64,000 nt of DNA from Nitrososphaeria archaeon (GTDB lineage Archaea; Thermoproteota; Nitrososphaeria; Nitrososphaerales; JAAOZN01): positions 224,001-288,000 of the forward strand of contig JARVJZ010000002.1 in assembly GCA_029775855.1 (NCBI GenBank), read 5' to 3'. The translations under genes and the position numbers were made by a program. Positions 10,649-19,230 of this stretch are shown one piece after another. Position 1 is the first letter of the stretch. Every line of letters begins with the position of its first letter. The notes beneath the pieces were generated by a model that was not told where the DNA came from, did no database searches, and saw only the letters and a program-made list of their open reading frames with translations.

Positions 10649-11402
10649 AGCTCAACTCCCCTTTTTTGGAGGATAGTGTCTTAAGTATGGTCTGCACTTC
10701 CTCTTTTGGTCTCCTTACTTCGCTTAGACCTAGTGAGCGTCTCCTCTTTAAAACAGTTTCAGAGAGAGTCGCTAAAGTAGCTTCTTTAGATATGGCTGAG
10801 AGATTCCCAGCACAGTAGTCTAGAAACTTGCGTAGACCCTCAGACTTGGCTGATACTAATTGGCTAAAGAATAATGGGTCGCCAACAACACCCTTAGATA
10901 AAGTTAATCCTCTGTTTGTCGTTAACACACCTGCTCTAGTCGAGGATGATATTAGTAAAGCTACTCTATTCTTTTTGAGTGTAGATAGATCTTCTGCAAA
11001 ACCGTATCTTAAGGCGCCTCTCTCACAAACCTTCACACACAGCGGGTCTCCATTACAAAGATCGCACTTAACCGCCTTACCTGCACCGTCAAATACGACA
11101 CCTTCAACGGGGCAGATCAGAAAGCAGCTTCTACACCCAACACAAGTTTCACTTCGAATAAAAGTGACATCTCTAATCTCGTCTAATAGTATAGACCCTG
11201 TAGGGCAAATAACTCTACAAAAAGGCTCATCGCATTGAAGACAAAAGGAGAGGGAAAACTTGTGACCGTCTCCACTTTTAATTAGTTTTATTGCTGGTGT
11301 GCTTTGAGAGGTGCCGAACCTTTTTACGCATGCTTCTATACACTTCTCACAGCCATCGCAGAGCCTTGGGTCGAAGATTAAGACTTGTTTTTGTATAGGC
11401 AT
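10641..11402 (-). CDS. Polyferredoxin (DmsB/FdhB-type 4x[4Fe-4S]) with an HdrC-like C-terminal tail
   Basis: CDGCEKCIEAC, CLQCDEPFCRVICP, CVGCRSCFLICP and KCDLC...CVKVC motifs; overlaps the hdrB start. Confidence 0.8.
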   Translation of the reverse strand: MPIQKQVLIFDPRLCDGCEKCIEACVKRFGTSQSTPAIKLIKSGDGHKFSLSFCLQCDEPFCRVICPTGSILLDEIRDVTFIRSETCVGCRSCFLICPVEGVVFDGAGKAVKCDLCNGDPLCVKVCERGALRYGFAEDLSTLKKNRVALLISSSTRAGVLTTNRGLTLSKGVVGDPLFFSQLVSAKSEGLRKFLDYCAGNLSAISKEATLATLSETVLKRRRSLGLSEVRRPKEEVQTILKTLSSKKGELSFG

Positions 11403-11493
11403 CTTCTACTAAATTATGCTCATAAGTAACCTATAAACTTCATTGGAAAAATAGTAGGTTAAACTTAAAACTGCAGTAGGGTTATATTATAGC

Positions 11494-11913
11494 GTGCGCA
11501 GCTACGAAGGCACAACCATTAGAGTAAGATTTCACGACACAGATCATAGTGGAAGAGTTTACTTCTCTAACTATGTAAATTGGATGGATGACGATATCAC
11601 AGAATTCTTTCGCTCAAAAGGAATAGTGTTTGCAGACATACAAAAAACGATAGTTGATTCAGAAAGTGTAGAGGGTACATTTGTAATAGGGGAATTTAGC
11701 TGTAGGATTCACGCCCCTTCAAAGTTCGACGACATACTAAAGATTAAATCAAAAGTTGCTGAGCTGCGTGCTAAAGTTATAAGGTTTGAGTCAGAGGTGT
11801 TAGATGCTAACACAGATGCTAGGCTTGCTACAGGAAGCATAACATACATCTGGGTCATAGGCAAATCATCAGCACCTATACCTGAGCAGATAGTGAAGCG
11901 CTTACAAAGTTAA
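11494..11913 (+). CDS. Acyl-CoA thioesterase, hotdog fold (YbgC/4HBT family)
   Basis: VRFHDTDHSGRVYFSNY motif. Confidence 0.88.
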   Translation: MRSYEGTTIRVRFHDTDHSGRVYFSNYVNWMDDDITEFFRSKGIVFADIQKTIVDSESVEGTFVIGEFSCRIHAPSKFDDILKIKSKVAELRAKVIRFESEVLDANTDARLATGSITYIWVIGKSSAPIPEQIVKRLQS

Positions 11914-11919
11914 AGGGGG

Positions 11920-12924
11920 TTAAAGTACCCCTAGTTCAGTACACAACTTAGCTAGGTTCGGTTTTACATACATTCCAGACTCTTCGATGATCTCTCCATC
12001 AACTTCAATAGTAGGATTCAACACCACACCATCTGTGTGATTCTTAGCCGGACGACCTCGATAATGTCCTACCCCAATAACTACACAACCAAAGTACCGT
12101 TCATCTACAGCTATTCTCCCAGTAAGCTTTCTAACACCTGGGTTGAATCCTGGGCTTACATGTGCAAAGTTGAACATGTTAGGGTCGTTATAGCTTTTAA
12201 GCCACTTCTCGAAGATCTTCGCTTCCCAGCCTCCTTTCACCGCAGTTATCCTACCGCTCTCAACCTCCAACCTAACTGGAGACTTTAGAAGACCGAGCTC
12301 ATTAGGCGGCCAAAGCGTCCCATCAAACACTATAGAACCATTCACATCCTCTAGATCTGTTGAAAAGGTAACCTGCCCAGCTAGCATCGCAACATCACCC
12401 GGCTTAGTAGCCTTCGAGCCTGATTGGTGAATCTCGCTAGTGGGTTTAAGTCTGCAAGTTAGATCCATCCCAAGTTCTGAAGTTATCCTAACAGTCTTTC
12501 CACGCTTGAACACATCTACCAGTGCCTCACCTAGTTCAAGAAGTTTAGGCAGATCAACCTTACCAACACACTTGACAAGCAGATCGCTGTCTACAAAGGA
12601 TAGGCATATGAATCTAGCACCAGCTTCAACAGCCTCTTTCTGAGCCTTGGTGTAGAGGGTAACTGCGTAGTCTATAAGAACATCAGAGCTTTTCATGGCT
12701 GCGGCAACTTGCTCTGGAGGCTCAACCATAATATTTGGTAGAATCGTCTCATACCACATCACGCTAACCTTCGCATCTCTATTTCTAGCTGCAGCAGCCG
12801 TAGCCAAAACCGCTTGCATATCACTGGCAGTATCAGCTAGAATAAGCACCTTCTCTCCAGCTTTTATACCTAGAACATCGTCACAAAGTTTAGCAGCCGC
12901 TTTAAAAACCTCAAGCTCTAACAA
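11920..12924 (-). CDS. M29 aminopeptidase-fold protein (NicX-like)
   Basis: GEKVLILADT, VRITSELGMDL, NGSIVFDG and NHTDGVV motifs of the AmpT/NicX superfamily. Confidence 0.75.
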   Translation of the reverse strand: MLELEVFKAAAKLCDDVLGIKAGEKVLILADTASDMQAVLATAAAARNRDAKVSVMWYETILPNIMVEPPEQVAAAMKSSDVLIDYAVTLYTKAQKEAVEAGARFICLSFVDSDLLVKCVGKVDLPKLLELGEALVDVFKRGKTVRITSELGMDLTCRLKPTSEIHQSGSKATKPGDVAMLAGQVTFSTDLEDVNGSIVFDGTLWPPNELGLLKSPVRLEVESGRITAVKGGWEAKIFEKWLKSYNDPNMFNFAHVSPGFNPGVRKLTGRIAVDERYFGCVVIGVGHYRGRPAKNHTDGVVLNPTIEVDGEIIEESGMYVKPNLAKLCTELGVL

Positions 12925-13110
12925 CCCATATCACAATCCGATCTCACCTACTTGCTGTATGTAAGCTTTTTGTGAAAAAGATGTTTAATATTCATCTAAT
13001 TACAAATTAAAAACTCGTCTTTCTCAATAAAATATTACAATAATACATAAACGCTTGCTAAGTCCCCACTACTATTAGAATAAATAATAGCCAAAAGAAA
13101 GGTCTGTAAG

Positions 13111-14037
13111 ATGCTAAGATACATCATACGCAGACTCCTACTTGTAATCCCCGTATTCATAGGAGTCTCCCTCATAGCCTTCCTTATAATGAAGCTCACA
13201 CCAGGAGACCCCATCTTAAATGTGCTCGGCATGCAGCCTACAGGAGATCCAAGTTTTATAGCAGCTATGAGGGCTGAATTAGGTCTTGATGATCCCATCT
13301 ACATACAATATGGTAAGTTTCTTTGGCGGATCCTCCAAGGAGACCTTGGAAGAAGCATAGGCTCTAATAAACCCGTCATTATACTTGTCTCAGAAGCGCT
13401 ACCTAGAACACTTTTGCTAGTAGTCAGCTCCATGATTGTGGCTATAGCGATAGGCATACCAGTTGGTGTGGTATCATCGGTAAGACAACATTCAGCACTA
13501 GATCACGCCACGAGGGTAGGCTCGATCTTCGCGGCATCGCTCCCAGACTTCTGGTTGGGGCTTATGCTGATGATGGTCTTCTCCTACTACCTCGGCTTAA
13601 CACCAATATCCGGCTACGGCAAACCAGAGCACATTATACTCCCAGCTACAACATTAGGCATAGGTTTAGCAGGACTAATAACAAGGCTAACACGCTCAAG
13701 CATGCTTGAAGTCATCAGACAAGACTACATCAGAGCAGCAAAAGCAAAAGGAATGAGTGAGAGAGGCGTGATCTTTAAACACGCATTAAGAAACGCGCTT
13801 ATACCCATAGTCACGGTGCTGGGGCTGCAGTTTGGTTTCCTACTAGCTGGAGCGTTCTTCGTTGAATGGGTCTTCGCTTGGCCGGGAATAGGTAGGCTTG
13901 CTGTCCAAGCAATACAGCAGAGAGATTACCCCGTTGTTTTAGGCGCTCTACTAGTGACCTCGATAGCATATGTTGTGATAAATATTATTGTAGATATCAT
14001 ATACGCTTACATTGACCCTAGGGTGCAATATGAGTAG
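13111..14037 (+). CDS. dppB: Peptide/nickel ABC transporter permease, DppB-like
   Basis: PGDP, LGLDDP, GDLGRS, EAA loop DYIRAAKAKG and DPRV motifs. Confidence 0.93.
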   Translation: MLRYIIRRLLLVIPVFIGVSLIAFLIMKLTPGDPILNVLGMQPTGDPSFIAAMRAELGLDDPIYIQYGKFLWRILQGDLGRSIGSNKPVIILVSEALPRTLLLVVSSMIVAIAIGIPVGVVSSVRQHSALDHATRVGSIFAASLPDFWLGLMLMMVFSYYLGLTPISGYGKPEHIILPATTLGIGLAGLITRLTRSSMLEVIRQDYIRAAKAKGMSERGVIFKHALRNALIPIVTVLGLQFGFLLAGAFFVEWVFAWPGIGRLAVQAIQQRDYPVVLGALLVTSIAYVVINIIVDIIYAYIDPRVQYE

Positions 14038-14051
14038 AAGGTGAAAGAAGG

Positions 14052-14933
14052 ATGCGCCCTCTTAAAGATTTGAAAAAACTACTTTTCGGCGAGTCAAGCG
14101 AACTCTCCATCATAATAGAGCATCTTAAAAGCGATAAACCAGCCCTATTTGGGCTGGCAGTGATTATTTTGCTTGTGTTAATGGCTGTCTTTGCAGACTT
14201 TATCTCACCTTACGACCCTAATCTTCAAGATCTGAGTAGAAGGCTTGAACCTCCTAGCTGGGAGCACCCATTTGGGAGAGACGAGTTCGGAAGGGACATA
14301 CTGTCAAGAATCATATATGGGTCAAGAATATCACTAACAGTAGGAGTTGTAGTCATAACAATCTCACTGCTCATAGGAACAGCATTAGGAGCTCTCTCAG
14401 GCTACATAGGTGGATGGATAGACTTGGTTATAATGAGAGTTGCAGACATATTCTTAGCATTTCCAGGCTTGCTGCTTGCAATAGGCTTGACAGCAGTCTT
14501 AGGGCAAAGCATATTCAATGTAATGGCAGCGTTAGCTATAGTTAACTGGCCCGGGTATGCAAGAGTCATAAGAAGTCAAATTCTATACATAAAGGGGTTA
14601 GATTATGTTGAAGCAGCTCGAATAATGGGGGCGTCAAACGCAAGAATACTTGCATCTCATGTGCTACCTAACTCATTTGCTCCGATAATTGTATTGGCTA
14701 CGATAGGAATGGGGTGGGCGATACTTGCGGAGGCTGGCTTGAGTTTCTTAGGATTGGGTGTGCAGCCTCCCACACCGAGCTGGGGATCGATAATTGCTAC
14801 TGGAAGAGACTTTATATTTAGAGCACCCCATATAACTACTATACCGGGTATAGTTTTGGCGCTTTCGATTCTCGCATTTAACCTCTTTGGGGATGGACTT
14901 AGAGACGCGCTTGACCCTAGACTTAGAATATAG
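14052..14933 (+). CDS. dppC: Peptide ABC transporter permease, DppC-like
   Basis: HPFGRDEFGRDILSR, YVEAARIMGAS and GDGLRDALDPR motifs. Confidence 0.93.
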   Translation: MRPLKDLKKLLFGESSELSIIIEHLKSDKPALFGLAVIILLVLMAVFADFISPYDPNLQDLSRRLEPPSWEHPFGRDEFGRDILSRIIYGSRISLTVGVVVITISLLIGTALGALSGYIGGWIDLVIMRVADIFLAFPGLLLAIGLTAVLGQSIFNVMAALAIVNWPGYARVIRSQILYIKGLDYVEAARIMGASNARILASHVLPNSFAPIIVLATIGMGWAILAEAGLSFLGLGVQPPTPSWGSIIATGRDFIFRAPHITTIPGIVLALSILAFNLFGDGLRDALDPRLRI

Positions 14934-14943
14934 TGAAAAAGGT

Positions 14944-15936
14944 ATGCAACACAATCATCTACTTGAGATAGTAGATCTAAAGACATATTTCTTCACTAAA
15001 CGTGGTGCAGTAAAAGCAGTAGATGGTATCTCATTCACCATAGATGCAGGAGACGTATTTGGGTTAGTAGGGGAGTCTGGATGTGGAAAATCTGTTACCG
15101 CTCTTTCTATATTAAGACTTGTCCCAGACCCTCCGGGTAAAATCGTTAGTGGGCAAGTAATCTTCGAAGGAGAAGATCTGTTACAGAAGAGCGAGGAGGA
15201 AATGAGAAGCATAAGAGGCGCTAAGATCTCTATGATCTTTCAAGACCCGCTTACTTCACTAGATCCTATAGTCAGAGTCGGAGAGCAAATAGTCGAAGCA
15301 ATTAGGACGCATACCAACATGAACCCACAAAAAGCTTGGGAGAAGGCTGTTAAGATCCTTACTGAAGTTGGAATACCTGATGCTGAGATTAGGGCAAAGC
15401 AGTATCCATTTCAGCTCAGCGGCGGAATGAGGCAGAGGGTTATGATAGCAATAGCCTTAGTAACAGAACCACGTCTGCTTATAGCAGATGAGCCTACTAC
15501 TAATCTTGATGTGACTATACAAGCTCAGATTCTAACATTATTAAAGGAGATTAAAGCTAAGACTCAAACATCAATATTATTCATAACGCATAACTTAGGT
15601 ATCGTTGCTTGGCTATGCAACAAATTAGCTGTCATGTACGCTGGCAAAATTGTGGAGTATGGCGCTACTAAAAGCGTATTCAGCAACCCTTTGCACCCAT
15701 ATACGACACTTCTATTGAAGGCTGTGCCAAGGCTTGATATTAAAAAAGAGATGCTTGAGTCAATAGAAGGTGATGTTCCAGATCTTGTAAATCCACCTTC
15801 AGGCTGCAGATTCCACCCAAGATGCCCATACGCTAAGAAGATATGCAGTATTATACAGCCTCCTATGATTGAAGTAGAAGAGGGGCATTATGCTTCTTGC
15901 CTAATTTATGATAAGGAGAAGTGGAGAAGCGTTTGA
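14944..15936 (+). CDS. dppD: Peptide ABC transporter ATPase, DppD-like
   Basis: GESGCGKS, LSGGMRQR, HPYT and GCRFHPRC motifs; likely start ATG 14944. Confidence 0.93.
   Translation: MQHNHLLEIVDLKTYFFTKRGAVKAVDGISFTIDAGDVFGLVGESGCGKSVTALSILRLVPDPPGKIVSGQVIFEGEDLLQKSEEEMRSIRGAKISMIFQDPLTSLDPIVRVGEQIVEAIRTHTNMNPQKAWEKAVKILTEVGIPDAEIRAKQYPFQLSGGMRQRVMIAIALVTEPRLLIADEPTTNLDVTIQAQILTLLKEIKAKTQTSILFITHNLGIVAWLCNKLAVMYAGKIVEYGATKSVFSNPLHPYTTLLLKAVPRLDIKKEMLESIEGDVPDLVNPPSGCRFHPRCPYAKKICSIIQPPMIEVEEGHYASCLIYDKEKWRSV
15788..15830 (+). repeat. 43-bp exact direct repeat, copy 1 (in dppD); copy 2 at 16780-16822 (in dppF)
   Basis: TAAATCCACCTTCAGGCTGCAGATTCCACCCAAGATGCCCATA is identical in both genes. 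Confidence 0.9.
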
Positions 15937-16958
15937 GCATTATTCTGCAGATAAAAGACCTTAAAAAATACTTTCCTATTACAAAAGGTGTGATCTTAAA
16001 GAAGACTTTAGGTTATGTTAAGGCTGTCGATGGTGTCAGCTTCTCTATCGAGCGAGGGGAAACATTTGGTTTAGTAGGAGAAAGCGGTTCAGGAAAAAGC
16101 ACGATTGGTAGACTAATAGTCGGATTATTGCAGCCAACATCAGGAAGCATATTCTTTGACAAAGTAGACTTGACCAAGATAAATAAAAAAGAGTTTCAAA
16201 ATATCAGAAGAAGGATGAGTATGATCTTTCAAGATCCCTTTACATCTCTAGATCCACGCAAAAATGTTATGCAGATTATAGCTGAACCTTTAATCATACA
16301 TACTGATATGGAAAGGAAAAAAAGGGAGGAGATTGTTTATCAACTTTTAGAGCGAGTGGGGCTACGCCAAGAAGACGCATTCAAGTACCCTCATCAATTT
16401 AGCGGAGGGCAGAGGCAAAGAATAGCAATCGCAAGAGCTTTAACCCTATCACCAGATTTAATTATAGCAGATGAGGCTGTCTCAGCGCTTGACGTTTCTG
16501 TTCAAGCCAAGATCATTAACATTCTTATGAGTCTGCAAAAAGATCTAAACCTAACCTACTTATTCATAGCACACGATCTAAGCGTTGTATGTCATATCTC
16601 ACATAAAGTAGGTGTAATGTATCTAGGTAAACTTGTCGAAGTAGGCAGCAAATCAGCCATCTTCCAAGACCCGTTACACCCATATACACAAGCTCTACTT
16701 GAAGCAGTTCCAGTGCCAGACCCAAACATCATGGTGGCAAAGGGCTTGATGGTGTTGAAAGGGGAAATCCCCTCGCCTATAAATCCACCTTCAGGCTGCA
16801 GATTCCACCCAAGATGCCCATATGCAACAAAGAGATGCACCGAAGAGGAGCCAACCTTAATTGATAACGGTGAAAATCATTTAGCGGCTTGCCATTATAC
16901 AGACGAAATTAAATCAAAGCGAAAGATCATAAAGCAACCTCTAAAAGATTCAGCTTAG
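15921..16958 (+). CDS. dppF: Peptide ABC transporter ATPase, DppF-like
   Basis: GESGSGKS, FSGGQRQRIAIARAL and PSPINPPSGCRFHPRC motifs. Confidence 0.93.
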   Translation: MEKRLSIILQIKDLKKYFPITKGVILKKTLGYVKAVDGVSFSIERGETFGLVGESGSGKSTIGRLIVGLLQPTSGSIFFDKVDLTKINKKEFQNIRRRMSMIFQDPFTSLDPRKNVMQIIAEPLIIHTDMERKKREEIVYQLLERVGLRQEDAFKYPHQFSGGQRQRIAIARALTLSPDLIIADEAVSALDVSVQAKIINILMSLQKDLNLTYLFIAHDLSVVCHISHKVGVMYLGKLVEVGSKSAIFQDPLHPYTQALLEAVPVPDPNIMVAKGLMVLKGEIPSPINPPSGCRFHPRCPYATKRCTEEEPTLIDNGENHLAACHYTDEIKSKRKIIKQPLKDSA

Positions 16959-17520
16959 AGTCATTTAAGAGGAACTCGAGTGTACTTCTCTCTTTACAAC
17001 TTAAACCAGAACCCTTATCATCTAAAATTACTTTACCCTTGTAGGCTGTAGCTATAAACGTGCTAACCCTAAGGATTAGCTGAGTAATTAGACCTATCTT
17101 GCCAGCTTGCAGGTAGATTGTGAGATCATCGACAAAGAGAATTTCAGGCGATAAGGAAAAAAGGTTTACAAGATAAGGTTCTATAATTGAAGCGTTACGA
17201 GAAGCAAGGTCTAAGACTTCTTGCTTACTTTTACCTTGGAGCCTAGGTGCAAAGATAGGATGCGGCTTAAGATACTTTACTTTAGAAAGACTCTTAGAAT
17301 AAGCTCTAATAGAAACACCTACGATATTAGAGCCGATACGAAACTCTGGCGCAAGATCTAAAACGACGATATTCAAATTAGGCTCTAAAGCAGCCTCATC
17401 AAGAAGACTAGCTAATAGCTTGGTTTTGCCAGCACCAACTTCACCAGTTATAATAGCTTTCTTACCAAAGAGATCTTTAAAATGTAAGCTTTGCAAGCAA
17501 GCCTCGCTTCTCCAGAGCAA
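16927..17520 (-). CDS. Uncharacterised P-loop NTPase
   Basis: Walker A GEVGAGKT and Walker B-like LFVDD; the start may be TTG 17496; coupled to thiW. Confidence 0.7.
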   Translation of the reverse strand: MLWRSEACLQSLHFKDLFGKKAIITGEVGAGKTKLLASLLDEAALEPNLNIVVLDLAPEFRIGSNIVGVSIRAYSKSLSKVKYLKPHPIFAPRLQGKSKQEVLDLASRNASIIEPYLVNLFSLSPEILFVDDLTIYLQAGKIGLITQLILRVSTFIATAYKGKVILDDKGSGLSCKERSTLEFLLNDSKLNLLEVAL

Positions 17521-18055
17521 GAACTACAATAAACCCTAAAATTGCTCCAGGCACACTACTAGCCCAAAAAGCAGCCAAAAATAGCTGCCACTGAGCGGTC
17601 AAACCCAACCAAGCCCAAGCAGCTGCTGGAATAGGCGGCGCGTGAATGATAGGTGCAACAATAAATGCGCTGACCAAAGCGCCAATACCAGTACCTAAGG
17701 GTTCAGTTAGGGGTACCCATCTACTTTTAGACATATATCTGTATAATATTCCTACTACAATTGCGCCTGGTATGCCGCCTGGAAGCGCAAAGATCGTCCC
17801 TGTGCCTATTGATATTCTGAGGACACCTATTACTAGAGCCGCAACTGCAGCATACCAAGGCCCTAAGATTACACCTAATATGCCGTTTATCATGTGTTGG
17901 AATGGGAAGACTTTGGTTGGGCCTACTGGTATGCTTCCTGGGTAGATTGAGAGTGCTACACCTAAGGCTATAAAGACTGCGAGTAAGGCTACCTTCTTTG
18001 CTCTTACTGCTTTTTTAACGTTTTGCTGGGAAGAGGCTGCAACTTTATTCTGCAT
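17477..18055 (-). CDS. thiW: ECF transporter S component ThiW (thiamine-precursor uptake)
   Basis: FPFQHMINGILGVILGPWY, GTGTIFALPGGIPGA and EPLGTG motifs. Confidence 0.88.
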   Translation of the reverse strand: MQNKVAASSQQNVKKAVRAKKVALLAVFIALGVALSIYPGSIPVGPTKVFPFQHMINGILGVILGPWYAAVAALVIGVLRISIGTGTIFALPGGIPGAIVVGILYRYMSKSRWVPLTEPLGTGIGALVSAFIVAPIIHAPPIPAAAWAWLGLTAQWQLFLAAFWASSVPGAILGFIVVLALEKRGLLAKLTF

Positions 18056-18104
18056 TACGATATATTTTACCTGATTTTATTTTATAAGCTTATATATAAG
18101 TCGC

Positions 18105-18770
18105 TTATAGTGAAGGGGTGCCGCCGCAGAACCTTATAACATAATTTACAGCAGTCTCAGCGGCTTGAAGAAGCCTATCCCTGCTTATGTTTGGAGCGCC
18201 GCAGGCTACTAGAGCAACGTTTTTCGTTGACTCTGTAACCTTAGATCTTTCAGCGTCTCGGTATGGGTAGATGGCTATTAGGTTATTGGCATCATCTAAC
18301 ACGACTTCACCGCCCTCTAATTTTATGGGCTCTTTCATACCTATTCCGTGGAAAGTTTCGCCTTTCTTAGCTAGCCGCATAACAATTTCTTTGCTCTGCA
18401 GTTTATCGGTGTCGAAGGCTGCTAAAGCTACCTCACTAACTACTGAGGCTAGGTTATAGGCGTCAACTAAGGTGTTAATCGTTGGAAGACCTTTGCCGGC
18501 CAGAATTCTCCGTATAAGCGCTTCCGAGGCTGGCCTATTCTTGGTTGGGTCTATGTTTAGACGCCAAAAGAAGTCTCTATATGCTCTAAAGATAGCTACA
18601 TTCTTAACGCTTTCAAGCGTGTATTTGCCCCTAACTTCAGAACATACTTCACTTTTAAATTTCTCGAGCTCTTCATCAAGAGGCTTAACAACAACACCCC
18701 TAACACACCTAACCAACACATCCAACTCAGGAAACTTATCAGAAACTTCCCTATCGATAACTATCTTCAA
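18105..18770 (-). CDS. Stand-alone B3/4 domain protein (PheRS editing-domain-like)
   Basis: AYRDFFWRLNIDPTKNRPASEALIRR, INTLVDAYNLAS and AFDTDKL motifs. Confidence 0.88.
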   Translation of the reverse strand: MKIVIDREVSDKFPELDVLVRCVRGVVVKPLDEELEKFKSEVCSEVRGKYTLESVKNVAIFRAYRDFFWRLNIDPTKNRPASEALIRRILAGKGLPTINTLVDAYNLASVVSEVALAAFDTDKLQSKEIVMRLAKKGETFHGIGMKEPIKLEGGEVVLDDANNLIAIYPYRDAERSKVTESTKNVALVACGAPNISRDRLLQAAETAVNYVIRFCGGTPSL

Positions 18771-18838
18771 ACCGCATTTATCCAGAAAAGACAGACATAT
18801 AATCCTTAAAACCTTAACCTACAGAACCCAATACCAGC

Positions 18839-18913
18839 GCCCCAGTAGCTCAGCCTGGTTAGAGCGTCGCTCTGGTAAGGCGGAGGTCCCGGGTTCAAAG
18901 CCCGGCTGGGGCT
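18839..18913 (+). tRNA. tRNA-Thr(GGT), intronless, CCA not encoded
   Basis: Acceptor stem GCCCCAG/CTGGGGC, D arm GCTCAGCCTGGTTAGAGC, anticodon loop CTGGTAA, T arm CCGGG-TTCAAAG-CCCGG. Confidence 0.95.
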
Positions 18914-19230
18914 CATTCGTTTGCTTAGATAATTGGTGTGCCTGGTTATTACCTTCAATACAAAGGATGATGCTTGCATACCGATGTCGAAAAAGGTGTA
19001 TGTTCTTTCGAAGGTTTTACCACGTTGAGTTGCTAGAGGCATCTTTCACAACATTGGAGAAGAGGGGCAGATAATAAATTTGTTATTGTGCTGGTTTTGA
19101 CATGTTATTTTAGCGTAAATAACAATTAATGCCAAAACTATCAAATTTTTTGTACACCATTTTTATATCCTCGAATAAAGGAGGAGTTCTGCTATGCACG
19201 GCAAACATCTGAGACACAGAAGGTGATTTA

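Noticed and set aside
18056-18104. TPP riboswitch upstream of thiW
   Set aside because: Only 49 bp of AT-rich, promoter-like sequence, with no TPP aptamer motifs.
18472-19074. 200-aa and 78-aa ORFs spanning the tRNA
   Set aside because: Both overlap tRNA-Thr, and the longer one is also antisense to the B3/4 gene; shadow ORFs.
18914-19230. Integrated element at the tRNA-Thr 3' end
   Set aside because: No integrase, and no duplicated tRNA 3' end (att site) was seen in the window.
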